Shown one piece after another: positions 15,891 through 29,150 of a DNA stretch of 64,000 nucleotides. The notes under the pieces were generated by a model. The model worked only from the letters and a program-made list of their open reading frames with translations, did not search any database and was not told the DNA's origin. Source of the stretch: Chlorokybus atmophyticus (lineage: Eukaryota > Plantae > Mesostigma and Chlorokybus algae); the NCBI GenBank assembly GCA_009103225.1, contig RHPI01001507.1, forward strand, positions 264,249-328,248. Direction: 5' to 3'. Position 1 is the first letter of the stretch. Every line of letters begins with the position of its first letter. The translations under genes were made by a program, and so were the position numbers.

Positions 15891-16830
15891 GATATATGTA
15901 TATATATGTATATATATACAGATACATATATATAGTTATAAGTATATATATTTGTATATATGTATATATATGCTTGTATATATACATATAAATATACATA
16001 TACGTATATGTATATTTATAGGCCTATGTATACATAGGCCTTATATACATGTATGACGTCATACATGTATATAAGTTATATATATATAATATATATATAT
16101 ATATGTTATGCTATATACGTATGCTATACATACATATATATATATACGTATATGTTGTAATATATGTATTTACCAACTATATATATACATATATGAGATA
16201 TATATATGTTATGATATATGTATGCTATACATACATATATATAGGATATATATATGTTATGCTATATATGTATGCTATATATATATATATATACGTATAT
16301 GTTGTAATATATGTATGCTATACATACATATATATATATACACGTATATGTTTTAATATATGTATTTACCAACTATATACATTTATAAGATATATATATG
16401 TTATAATATATATGTATGTATACCATACATATATATAGAATATATATGTGTTATGCTATATATGTATGCTCTGTATATATATACGTATATGTTGTAATAT
16501 ATGTAATTTCCAACTATATATGTATATAGGTCATACATATATTGATTATATATATAAGAGATATAAATGCTATACATATATATATACGAATATGTTGTAC
16601 TATAAGTATTTACCATCTATATGTATACATATGTATATGTCACACTTTTATAAATTATATAAGTTGTATACATAAATGATACACATATATATATGTACGT
16701 GTATGTTGCAATATATGTATGTATCAACTACTATATATATATATATATATATATATAAACATATCTATGAGGCATTCAATTAACACATGTATATATAAGT
16801 TTATTCATTATAATACACATATATACGTAA
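15891..16830. repeat. AT-rich TA-derived minisatellite with higher-order variants
   Basis: Recurrent units such as ATATATGTTRTRMTATATGTATGCTATACATAC and ACGTATATGTTGTAATATATGTATTTACCAACTATAT embedded in (TA)n. Confidence 0.9.
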
Positions 16831-17486
16831 CCATGTACATGTTGTGTTGATCAGCGTAGCACCCCCATCGTGTCTACACAATTGTGTGCTAGTGTCGCGT
16901 GCATTCGTCAAGTGTCAGGAGAGAATTTGGTCCTTTCTTCTAATACTTAGTCAGTGACTGGCCAAAGTGTATATGCATACAGCCTTACACACTATTGTTG
17001 TATGTGTGTTTTCCGCTTGCATATTGAGGGTCTCTTACAGTGTGCATGGCCTATCCACAATAGCCCTCAAACAAGTTGCGCATATGTGTGCATGTGTGTC
17101 TGCATCCTCCAGGGCATGCTGCATGTCCACATATTGCGCCATGAGCCATTGTTAGCGAGTCAAAGCTTTGGCAACCGCAGGTGAAAAGTGGCTTGCTTGT
17201 GGTTTATAGCAAATGGCGCTATATAGCTNNNNNNNNNNNNNNNNNNNNNNNNNNNNNNNNNNNNNNNNNNNNNNNNNNNNNNNNNNNNNNNNNNNNNNNN
17301 NNNNNNNNNNNNNNNNNNNNNNNNNNNNNNNNNNNNNNNNNNNNNNNNNNNNNNNNNNNNNNNNNNNNNNNNNNNNNNNNNNNNNNNNNNNNNNNNNNNN
17401 NNNNNNNNNNNNNNNNNNNNNNNNNNNNNNNNNNNNNNNNNNNNNNNNNNAGCGTAAAAGTGCAATCTACAAGCACGGCATGCTTA

Positions 17487-20400
17487 TCAACTATCAGCAC
17501 CAGTGCTGCGCTTGCTAGGGCGCAACAAGTCTGTCAACTCTGCCACTGATAATGCTCGCGAGCCTTTACCATTGTGTAGCTGCTTTTGTTGTTGCTCTCG
17601 TTGCACATCCAGACTCCGAGCAGCATCGTCTTCTGAAATGGCCTCTGACGCTGCCATCTCCTTGATGGCTTTGTACAAGACATTGCGTTTCCCATATTGC
17701 TTGCGCATGCGCTCGTTGCCGCACCGCCAGGCAGATCCAAACTTTCGGTCCAACTCCTGCACTGCTGGGCCCCCATCGATGCCACGCACATATTCTGTCC
17801 ATACATCAACAACGGTAGCCATGTTTACTGCCATCTGGTACGGAGGAGGTGGTGGCGCATCAACAGGCTCATATGCAGTCGTGGTTGCTTGCGCGGCTGT
17901 GGACTGAGCGGCAGCATCAGGTACCTCAACCCTTGCAGGTGGCTCGTTCGCTCGCCTATGACGACGATGTCGCTTGCTTGGTCGTTGACCGCGGGGATGC
18001 ACCTGCTGAGTGGTCGTCGACACTGACGGTAAAGTGATGTGTAGCCCAGCTGCAATTGTACGCAGATAGCCTTCGTGGACATGCATGCGAGCCTTGATCT
18101 GCTGCAACTCAGAGTCTTGACTCTGATTGCTCGCCTTCAGCTCATGCACTGACCTCTTCACCGACAACACCGAGTCCTGTGTCGCCTTCATAATTGCATG
18201 GTTGTCTTGCAAAATGACAGCGACCTGTTTCACAAAACTGTGCATGTAAGAGGCTGTGCATGTAGTCTGTGTGTATGAACAGCTCTTACAACTAGTGATG
18301 TGTATGTGCAATGTTTGCATCTGTAGCAATACGTACCCGATCCGGCAGTTCGTCATACTGTGTATTAGCGTCCACCATGGACTCATTATGCGACGCCACC
18401 ACTTCATCCGCCCATTCATCAAATTCTGCATTTTGAAACAACTCGTGTTCACAAACAGAAAGTGTAGGGAAGCCATCAACTGTTTCGCCACGTAGTTGCA
18501 TGTTTTCTTGTCGCATAATGGCGACATCCTGCCAGCAAGAAGACCTGCATCAAAGCATGCACAAGGCACAAGTTTCTGATCAACCATAAACATACCTGCC
18601 CTACAACATCGCGCAAGTAGTCAAGCAACTCTAAATGCTTAGATGCTGCAAAGTCCCGCTCTTGATCTCTGCCATGCAAACACCGCTGCAAGAGCCAAGT
18701 TCGTATATGAGGGACATGTACGCTGGCAGCCATAAACAACGACAATGCACTCGCTTAATCATAAGCGAGCAAGCAATACCTTTCGCACATCATTCAGTGC
18801 AATCTCCAAGCCGGGAAAAATTTGAGTGCGGATGTTTTGTGGCAAGCGGAACCGCGAACGAGCCAACACATGCTTGTTGGGGTGATTTAGATGTCCATGC
18901 CCTACAATGCAATTGTAGATAAATACATGCAAAATCATCAGACCATTACAGTGACTGTGCCGTTGTTACCTGCAATAATTGCGCATGTTGTGACGTCCAG
19001 CTGTGTGACGTAGGACAGGTTGAAATGGTCATTGTTCCATCGGCCATTTTGCTTCACACCACTTTCTGTAGCCCTGCATCATAATAATGTCGATTTATGT
19101 GTACAATATCAAGCTGTCGATCAAGTAGACATGTCCACACCCTCAATCTACTTACCCAGCGTTCATTGCCTGCTGTGATGATTCTTTGCGCGACGCATGA
19201 ACTTTAGACCTGCCCGTCACAATGCCGCATTCCCGGAACCCCTCGCATGCGTGGTTGTATTGTTGTCTGTAGGTCAGGTGCTGACCCTCTTTCTCACCAG
19301 GGAATAGAGGCTCTCCATACCTGTAACTCCGCATCATAAAATGGGCACGCACTTGCACACTACCACACGCACCGCACGCACCAGGTTGCCCGTGATGTGA
19401 AGTCCGGAAATGGTCGCTGCAGCATATGGTACTTGTGAAACCAATGGAATGCTAGCGCATTGTGCCAACATCCTATTGGACTCCAGTGGCGCAGACCTCC
19501 GAAATACTCCGTGTTGCCATTCTATGCACAAGCATAGCAACGTTTGCAACTATGAAACACGGAAACGTCATGTGCCACAACATGATCGACAGATGTTAAT
19601 GAGTACCTTGTTCATCTTTCCATTGCGAGATACAAAGCAAATCATCACACCAAGGTCCGGCCCTAAAGAGTTCTGAGGAATTTTGTAATTATAGAAGTCA
19701 CACTCTTCGCAAGCCCTTGCAACGTCGCCGCGCGTGAGGCATGTATGTCGCAACGCTAGATCCAATCTGCATGTTGCCAAAATTAGCAACATGAAAGATA
19801 TTGTTGTGCGTGAGCAGACTGAGCTCTCAACCATACCTTGCTCTTAAAGCCGCAGCTTGCTTGGGGATATTATTGGTATGAGCAGATTTTCCCAACCAAT
19901 AAGCATTCATGTTGCGATAATCTACAGGTGTATACGCTTCTGCACTAGTGCCTGCCAGCCGGTCCTTGAACTCCCTACGCACAACTTGCTTATTGGTCAA
20001 ACCAATATAAGAAATCACTGTTTGAGTTGAGGCATGTAGCAAGTTAGCAAATTACCTTTTTGCTTTATCGGAAATAACTTGGCGAGCACTCTTCAGAACC
20101 AACTTGATTGCATGGTTCTCGCGCAGATTAATAGCTGGCACACCTTCTTGCAAGGATTGGTCTTTGGCAGCGTCTTGTAGACTTTTGACAACGTTCTCCA
20201 ACTTGTGCCAAGATTCATGTTGATGTTCCAACATGAACCGCTCACAAGTGCTGATGTCCACACGCCGCTGGTGACCATTCTTCTCACACCATTCCTAACA
20301 CAATATTGTTAACAACATGCTTACAATAGGTGTGTGCACTCATGTCTACCTGATAGATCTTGACGCCTCTCATGTACTTTACTCTGGTGTTCTTCGGCCG

Positions 20401-20826
20401 CTCTTCATGCTTGCGTGATAAGAGCTCCGCTAAACCCGGCCTGGTAGTGGGTGCACTGCCAGCTTGCTGGTCATCATCGTCATCACTCATGTGAGCCTGC
20501 ACACATTCTATATGAATGGTACGATGTGATATGTATCAAGCACAAGGTGTAATGGCGAATCGTACTTGTGTAGTTGCAAGTGTTGCCGCAGCAGCAAATG
20601 GAAGCCATGAGATGCCTAAGCCCTTGGGCAGAACGTGTTGGCTTGTGTGTGATGACCAGCTGTGGCGTGCTGACGCAACCGCTGCAAAAGAACTGGGTGA
20701 AGAACAGAGCTGGAGACTGACGCCACTTGTGGACACGTCCACAAGTGGCGCAGGCAAGGCCCAAGACATCCATTCCAAGCTTCCAAGGGCTCTAAAACTT
20801 CGTAAAACTGTGCGCCACATCATCAC
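17487..20826 (-). mobile_element. CryptonF-like element gene: intron-containing tyrosine recombinase (NDC10_II-like) with C-terminal GCR1_C domain; reading frame intact
   Basis: Exons 20496-20350, 20294-20056, 19974-19837, 19766-19607, 19521-19382, 19320-19156, 19073-18970, 18901-18780, 18685-18596, 18528-18337 and 18224-17487, plus a probable upstream exon ending at 20566, splice in frame. Motifs: RPKNTRVKY..IYQEWC; catalytic set LTRG (R 19730), GKMNK, VHASR (H 19197, R 19188), GRWN (W 19037), LSYVT (Y 19010); GCR1_C pattern YQMAVNMATVVDVWTEYVRGIDGGPAVQELDRKFGSAWR. The 5' start and element termini were not determined. Confidence 0.85.
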
Positions 20827-23800
20827 GACCTAGCAACATAAGTGTCACTTGGTATGAGCAGATTTTGCCAACCAACCCCAATATCGAGTGTGTGTGCAGA
20901 CGTGTGCAGAGCTGTGTGCTGCTGTTGATTGTACGCCAATGTGAGCATTGTGCGCATGTCTGATGCTATTGTGCGCGCAAACACGCCTGGAGTGTTGCAC
21001 GCATGTGAGACACACAACCACACACAACACACACGCACACACTACTCCACATGCACGCAAAACCCACCTGCATGGCAAGCAACTCTGCACGCAAGCACGC
21101 GTATGCAGGTGAAAGACACACAAATTGGATGCATAGACATGCACATACGCACACCAACTCTGGACGCATGCACAAGCACACTCACACTCACACTCACCTG
21201 CACATACGCTGGACATATACACGCTGGCCACATGCACACGCTCACGCACAGTGCAAGAACTGCAAAACCCAACACCAATAGCGCTTCAACTTACATTCTA
21301 GCCCGCCTAGCACATGATATGCAAGAACATGCACGATGCACATGTATACACACGCGCGCACGCTGGACACATGTATACACACGCACACTGCAAGAATGAC
21401 TTCATTTGTATAAACAGAACAGAAAGTTACCAATTAGCGTCTAATACAACATATAGTGCCTAGATGCCCTAAGGTCGGCGCTCTGCCTGGAGCCGCCCCG
21501 TCAGCAGTCGGCTACCGCCTGCCGCTGATCACCCCGCTGATCACCCTGCTGATCACCCTGCTGGTCGCCCACGCCGCCAATATTGCCGCCGCTGCTGGTC
21601 GCCCACGCCGCCAATGTTGCCGCCGCTGCGCTAGTATCTACCGCTTGAAACCCTAAGCAAGCCATAAGCAAACCCTAATTCTGTTAAGAAACTACAGTGG
21701 ATATCCATGGTCAGCCTGCGTAGACATCTATTAAGAAATGATATCGACAATGCTGCTTGGTTAGGTACCCTTTATAGTACCTACCTTAACTGCTGCCTGG
21801 AGACGCGCAGCGTCTCCGGACACACATACTCAAGCGTCTCTAGAGACGCTTTGAGTTAGAAGGTACTATTACGGTAACGCGAGCAATGCATCCCCTTTAT
21901 CACAATTCTAGCAGGGGATTGCAGCGCCAGGTGCTGCCGTACCAGCTGGGTACATGCTAACTACGTACATGCTACGCAAAGTAATCAAGGTAACTTACAT
22001 GTGCATCCATGTATAAAGCTTAAATGCAATGTACAATGTTGTGCAACATACCAAGCCAATACCACGCCAAGTAACAACACAAGCAGGCAAACAATTAAGA
22101 GGGGCCCAGAGCAGCTCGAAACTATTGCGACACTAGACTGAACCATAGAGCGTGGGGCTGGGCGAGGGAGAGCATGGCAATGGGTAGGGAAAACTACCTG
22201 CGCAGCACTTGTGTGTATGCCTAAGAAGGTTGGGGCAGATGGGAAGATAGGTAGGTAGCGACCACAGATAGGTTGACAGCACGGTGGTGAGTGTAGTGCT
22301 TGGTGGGGTGCACTTGCGTTGCGTGTGTTACACTTTCATGCCAAAATCATTGCATTGAAGACATTGTGATGCAAGATCCCTATTGCAATGGTTTTCAAAT
22401 AGTATGCATCGGTGTGCATGTTAATGAATGTATTGCAAGGCAACAATTACTCCACAATCTACGCCGCAGAATAGTGCATCGAATGCACAATCCACGATTA
22501 CTCCAAAATGACAAGTTGAGCGTGAAGTTTGATAATTGTACGTATTGCTTTCAATTGCATGATTCTTGATTTAAAAAGATGCGGTTGCTTTATGTTCTTA
22601 CGTTAAGGCGCTCACGTCATGCATAATCCGTTGACGCTAGCATATCACTTTATTTATTGCATAGCTTATCACTCAGGCTGGTGCCATGTAATGCAGGCTC
22701 ACATGGCTATGTGATGCGGCGTCCAAGCTGTGCGGCTCGCTATTACAAGGATAGCAAAATGCATTACGGACACAACACGCATACTTAGCTGATGCCTCCT
22801 CTTCTTCTCTCAGCCTTGCCTTTAACCATATGCAAGCAGAACATGAGTTCATAAGTTAGCAAAAGTGACTTTGTCTTACACAGTTGGCGCATTGTTCGGT
22901 GCCATTGACAACGATCATTTATGTATACGTAAGTATAATCGGCTGCTGCCGCCATTTGCGGCAGCCAATGCCGACGGATGTTGAAGTGTGAACATTCACG
23001 ATAATGTGTGTGTGCCACAGTGTGTGTGCGTGTGCTTGTGCGTGTGTGCGTGTGTGTGTGTGTGCGTGTGTGTTGACTATAATGCATCTGTTGCTAGGTA
23101 TAAGAATAAATAGTAATAAATGAATGTGCATCATGAACGTAATACATCCCCAAATCATGCTATAGTATAAAATATGCTATTACTCGATGATTACTCCTTC
23201 AGACACCTTCAGACACAAATATTGTGAATGTACAATGTTTGTGCCACCATTGCCAGTGTGACACATTTTGTAGCTACCATGTTTGAACAGACCCGCCTGA
23301 TCTTATTTTGCTTGAATTGGACCCGCATAAGGCTTTTTTGATTAGTCAATTAAATGCCTAGTTCAAAACTTGGTTTATGCAATGCTTGGACTAACTGTGG
23401 TTGGTTTAACTTTAGCTATCATATGTTTGCATGCTTGCGCAACAGATTTTCGAGCCTAGACTGTTGGCAATGGGGTATAAAGAGGTGATGTACTGAGTCC
23501 ATATTGTAAAGAGAGCCCACTTTAAGTCCCGCATCTGGCACACTAGCAGCTAGGGTTTGTATGCTATGCATGGCTGCATGCACAGCTGCCTTCAAATGTG
23601 TGTAAGCTAGCACATTATAAACAGCTGAGCCTTCTCAGCTGCATACACAAGATTATATTCGGATAGATCCGTTGTGCTGGCCTAAAGCCTCGCGCTGGTT
23701 TGGAAAAGGTTTTGCCCTAAGCCAATTCCGCCTCCACCAACTTAACATGTTATGGGCCCACAACATTTGCGAGCGGTCGCTTGGATAGTGTGCTTTAATC

Positions 23801-24107
23801 TCCTTTTCAAGCTACTAATGCTGGATGGTCTGCTATAGCTAGTTGCCGTGGGACATCTCTATCCGGAAGTGCTAGATGGAGTCCTTTAATCTGTTAGCAA
23901 GCTCTGTTGAGGTTGTTCATTTGAGGTTTTGTCTGAATAATAGCATTGGAACGTATGAGTGTGACTGCAGTCCGACAAAGCTGCTCCACTTTCAATTGAG
24001 TCAGTTGGTGGTTGAGCAGCTTTAAGTGTAAGCTGATTTGCAATTAAACAACGGGTGGTTTGTTAGGTCGCATAATGTTACTCTTAACGGCTGATTGATT
24101 ATATGGG

Positions 24108-25410
24108 ACAGCCGTGCATTTGAGGATACTGATTTACACTGACGACCTTTAATCTACCGGGTCCTGATACAATGCCTCAGAGGTGCCTGAGCATAACGGC
24201 CATCACCATTAGTCGGCGGCCGTATCTATAAAGAGACTGATCTACACTGACATGTACATGTTAAATACCCATCAATAAAGCAAAGGGGACTTGACCTAAC
24301 GAACCGGCACCTAACAGTTGGTTCCCGGCAACTGTACCTCGAAGGTGCCTAACTATCAGGTACCTTTAGGGCATCTTATGGTACCTTCAAGGTACCTGAC
24401 ATTACTGTCCCCAGTACCTACCCGTACCGTGCAGTCATGAGCATGTGCTGCATGCATGCGATTGTCGTCAACTGTGAGAGACGCCAAGTCACAAGCTTGA
24501 CTGATCCACACAATAAAATATTAATTAATCACATTACAACCTGTTGCTACGCTACAATGTAAACTACATTAAGCTACTACTATTACCACTACTACCCTAC
24601 ACTCTGCCCGTATACTCCTCCTCCGCTCCTCCGCTCCTCGTCGCTCCTCTTCTTGGCCTGGTCGACAACTTGTTTTTGAAAAAGGGCATCAACACAATAG
24701 CATCATACACCATGACAGATGACACACATAACCAACTCACCTACCCTGCCGCCGCCGCCGCCCTAGCCTGGCCTGGCCTGCCCTGCTCTAAGAAGAGCGG
24801 TTGGGTTGTACTGATGCACTTAACATAACGGCATTATGCATGCTACTCTGTGTTGGAGGACAGCCCCTACTGTCCTCACCAGCTACAGTCAGCTTGGACA
24901 GCCCCTTTGCATTGACATTCGCCTACATTGACAGCCCCTGAATTAACAATCGCCTACATTGACAGCCCCTGGATTGACAGCCCCTATATTGACAGTCCCC
25001 AACTGTCGATGGAAGCTATCTGCAAGACTGAAGTTGTGGCATTTATAACAATGAAGCAGACCGCTGGCGGCGCTAGAAGGCTCAAAAAGGAGAGTCCTTT
25101 TGTATGCTAGCACAGACTGTAATAGCTAGCATAACCAAGGGGAACTCTTGTGTACATGTGGCTAGATAAGTGGCTAAGACTATATATTGTGTGTGCCGAG
25201 CCAGAGTTAATTATATCCACAAAACCTCAAGTGTGCAAGCTGCTGCTGTGCATGCTCGTGTGTGTGCGAGATAGGCTTAGTGTTGTAGCACATTCAACAC
25301 TGCTTAGCTCTGATTGTCAACACTCTGTGTACACACATAACCACAAACTCACCAACTGGCGCCGCCGCCGCCGCACACTGTTCTTGAACTTGTTGCCGTT
25401 CAGCGTGTGA
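24108..25410 (+). repeat. Diverged interspersed repeat homologous to the reverse complement of 46640-47460
   Basis: Shared blocks include GCCGTGCA..TGA.GATACT.ATTTA.A.TG.CGACCTT.A.TCTACCGG, GCATAACGG.C.TCACCATTAGT.GGCGGCCGT, CTACTAC-rich tracts, CTAGCCTGG(C/T)CTGGCCTG and CTCACCTAC..GCCGCCGCCGCC. Confidence 0.65.
24925..25001. repeat. Short tandem array of ATTGACAG(C/T)CCC
   Basis: Four copies of ATTGACAGCCCC or ATTGACAGTCCC with short spacers. Confidence 0.8.
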
Positions 25411-25753
25411 GGCGCTGCTGCGTTTGAAATGCTCGACGGCGACGAGGGTCAGCTGCGGCTTGCCGGTCGCGAGCTCGTTGCGGCGAGTCCGATAGACGAT
25501 GTGGGTAAGTCGTTGTGTTTGGATGTTGCACGGCGATCCTTACGGGTAATGAGTCGGGAGGAATGTCATACTGTGATCATAAGACATGGTTAAATGGCAT
25601 GTGGCTCCTCCTATAGCAGCGACTTTTGCTGCGGTAGCATAGTGGCTAAGGCGTTGATGTTACAGCAGACAACAGCAGCTTTGACTGTGCCACACGCATG
25701 CGCAAGCTTGAGCGCCCACACGCCCTGCAGCATTTTGAACCCAAGCATGCCTG

Positions 25754-25961
25754 AACACCTGTAGCACAACGCATACAATACCTACACATACAACTACACA
25801 CTACACATACAATCACACGCATGCGCATGAGCTAGAATTCTGCACACCTGCAGGCGAACACCTGCAGCACAACACATACAATACCTATACATACAACTAC
25901 ACACTACACATACAATCCCACGCGCATGCGCATGAGCGTAATTTCTGCACATCTGCAGGCG
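25754..25961. repeat. Tandem duplication, two units of about 104 bp
   Basis: 25754-25856 and 25857-25961 are near-identical (AACACCTG.AGCACAAC.CATACAATACCTA...CTGCAGGCG). Confidence 0.9.
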
Positions 25962-28244
25962 TGAAGGAAGCTTGTGCGTAAGTGCGCATGCATGCGTGTG
26001 TATGCGCAAGCATGAGCGCAGTTGAATGCACATGTGTGTGCAAGATAGATAAGGAATACGTAAGTGAGTATGCGTGTAGTTGTTACCTATAACTTCTTGA
26101 GCTGAACTGACCAAGTGCAACTCCGCCTGCTTGCAACTTTGCTTTTAATCAGCCAGCAGCTGCACCACTGGTAGCTCTCTGGCAGAGAGTACCTTGTGGA
26201 CCTGTGGCAACAAAGCGAGAATTACACTCAGCAAGATTGAACACAACCAGCACACAACATGCTCGTGCCGACAAGCGACATCCCAACCTCTCACCTTATC
26301 TTGGCAAATGTAACTCGCAGGCTTGACAGCCTACAGCCGCCGGTGCTTATGACACATTAGCTTGTTGCTGGACCACTTCTCGGCGTAGTTACAGTAGCAG
26401 TGCAAACGACCACACAACTTTCTTGAACTAAATGCTGAATACAGTAGGCTACAAGTGGATGGGTTCAACTTACTAGCAACAGCAACAACGACACCCGCAC
26501 AAATACAGCAAATGCAACAGCAGCAACAAGCAAAGCTAGCAATACCTGCAGTCACTGCCCGGCAGCCAAGCTGCAAGCAAAATGTGTGAAAGAGCAGGCA
26601 CGCAAGCGGGGGCGAGCAAGCATGGGGCACTAAGCAGGCAGGAGCGGGCGTGAAGGAGCAGGCGTGTAACAGGCATAGACTAGGCTGAAAACATTGCTGT
26701 CGCCTGCATGTAGTCATAGTTTTGGCATGGCAAGTAGGCAAACAGCTGCGAACAAGCTGCTGGTCGAACTACATGTGAACGACGCGTGTGTGCAAAACAA
26801 CAGTAGCTTGCAATGCATGAAGTTGATGTGCTTGGTAAAGAAAGACACACGGAGCTGACCTCTCTTGTTCTTAATTGGACATGTTTTCAGGCCAGGTATG
26901 AGTGGAGCGACATAACACTGTGGGGAGCAATCTAACACTGGCAGCAACGCATCCTTTGGTTGACGTACGTCATGGCATTACGGCTTTTACGCATACACAT
27001 TGAGTACGACAACAAGAACATCACAAGTTAGTAAAACAAGCATTGGTTGCTAAACCGCAAGCAAGACAACAACTATTGCAGTTTACACACCTGCGCGGCT
27101 GCAGCACAAGTGGCAGCACAAACGTCACATGTGCAAGAAGGAGAAGCAGGCGTACATTACCAGAGCGATTGTGAGCGCCGACCTGCAGAGCATTGCAGCG
27201 ATTGTGAGCAGCAGGCCGGCGCTGCTGGCAATCCCAACGACGAACTCCTGGCATTGCTACCGCCGCCGCCGTTGTGGCACACCATCGCCGCCGACACGAC
27301 AAGCACAGCAACAATGCTACAACCGATAGCACGCCGACACTTTCATCGCAGCCCGCGCAAATGCAAACGCCTGGAAATTGTAGGCCGAACGGTTTGTTTA
27401 ACTACTGTAGGTGTTAGCAATTGCAGGCGTCAACGGTGGGTAACGTAAACCGCGATAGGCGCTGCAATTGCATGCATCTTATAGGGTTTGGTCGATGTAG
27501 CGCATATTAGCACATACGGTTCGGTTGCTACGTTGGTCAAAGTATCGCTGTTCACGTTATTTAAGCCGATCGTGCGAGCATATCAGCTGCTTAAAGTATC
27601 GGTTGGCCGTGCACAATTGACCGAGAACACAAACGGTATGCCACGATTCTGGGTAGGTTACAGCCGGTCACTGTGGGGAATTGGTGCTGTACTGCCAGCT
27701 GTGTCAAGATCAGCGCCGGACAGCAGGCCAATTATGGCTCTATCGTCGGCACCAACCATAGTGCCGTCGATAACCGGCACCATTACCGGTCTCAACGTCG
27801 ACGGCACTAGTAGGCGGCCTACTGTATGAAACCGGTGTTGGTCCGGACGCATACGATTAGTGGCCGCAACGAAAAGCACCAATAATGGCGACGTCGATGG
27901 CACCAGAGACCCGGGCTGCCGGACCAGTATTGGACCGGCGTCTAGGAATTACCAATAATGGCGCCGATGTTGCGCGCTAGTAATGGACTCTCGTAGGACA
28001 GTGGTCCGCGCAGGTAATTCCCTGTGGCTTTCAGTCACTAGTTTGCCAGTTTTGCCTTGGATCCATTTCACGGCAATTAAGAAGTTCTACCCCTAATGGG
28101 ATCCCAACCTGTGCAGCTCAGCTCCGTTGGCAATGTAACACTGGCGCCTTAACCATTAGGCTACGGCAATGAAAGTCGCCACCATAGGAGGAGCCACATG
28201 CCATTTAACCATGTCCCATAACTACGGTATGACATCTTCAAAAC

Positions 28245-29150
28245 TTGTCGAAGTCTCTAAACCAAGTTATTAAGATGGCGGTGAGTTTTGACAATGTTCG
28301 GATTACCCCACTGCAGTCGGACAACTACCAAATGTGGAACACTATGATGATGATGCTTATGACAAGAAACAAGCTGTGGCAGATGTCTCGTCGTGATGCT
28401 GCGCCACGTGCTGCACCTGAGCTCTCTAACTGTGTGACTGCTGTTGGTGGGGCTAAGGTTGCTGCTGCTGCATGACCATCACGACGAAGCTGCACTGTCA
28501 CGACCATTGGGCTGGCAAAGGTCATTCTCTATTTCTTGCTTCATGAGACTCAATGGGACTCATTCCTAATAAGCAAGTGTAGTGTTACTGGGGTATGCTC
28601 TAATGTAGGTCTGCTCCTGAGCTCATGGGGCCTTGATTATGATGGACTACACAAGGCATTGATGAAGGTCGGCATGAAGCCGTCAATGCTAGAGGCTCGT
28701 TGAGCCCAAACCTACTCGCCACAATAAGTGACAGCTCCAAAAAAGAGAGCTAACTTGACAAACCACAGGACTTGTGCTGTGGTAGTGCGATGCGCCACAG
28801 ATGTGATAGTCGCAAGGCTAAGTGATGCCTGTGGGCAATTGCAAGTACCGTACTAAGAGAGCCTAAGTTTGCATTCCCTTGATAGGACTGTTACTCCTAC
28901 AGCAAACCGAGAGAGTTTGATATGCTCAAGGTTGATGTCCTGTGTTGGACAAGGGCAGCTTGCGCTGATAGGTCAGCACACAGTGACAAGCCTTGGGCCT
29001 TGGACATCATGTATGCCAAGTCGGAAGAGCAGCAGGTGGTATTGAGGCTTAGTGACAACCTTGAGTAGAGGTATGAGTGTGTGTCACCACTTAAGGGCCA
29101 CTTGTGTGTGGGGTGCCTGGCTAGTAGCTGTTGAAGGGGCTCTCCCCCTC
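28245..29150 (+). mobile_element. Heavily deleted Ty1/copia relic (Gag N-terminus, RT fragment, RNase H fragment)
   Basis: ITPLQSDNYQMWNTMMMMLMTRNKLW fits the copia Gag N-terminal motif; YDGLHKALMKVGMKPS fits copia RT; LDIMYAKSEEQ fits the end of copia RNase H. Confidence 0.65.

Larger units (their letters stand above)
9384..17450. other. Assembly gaps (N runs at 9384-9609, 11350-11649, 14786-14808, 17229-17450)
   Basis: N runs seen directly, three of them next to poly-G/poly-C tracts; single Ns also at 1308, 3609, 41082 and 54223. Confidence 0.99.

Noticed and set aside
16049-16675. Tyr/Ile-rich ORFs, and a possible CRISPR-like array in the AT-rich repeat
   Set aside because: Translations of TA satellite; no constant repeat with unique spacers, no cas genes, and a eukaryotic context.
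9268-17549. ORFs containing poly-X
   Set aside because: They span assembly N gaps.
17487-18593. The 368-aa ORF as a stand-alone gene
   Set aside because: Its 5' part reads through introns in the wrong frame; only 18224-17487 is the true last exon of the Crypton gene.
25429-25504. ATG-initiated exon-like stretch (MLDGDEGQLRLAGRELVAASPIDDV) ending in a GTAAGT donor
   Set aside because: No downstream exons could be joined and it borders repeat-derived DNA; too little support to call a gene.
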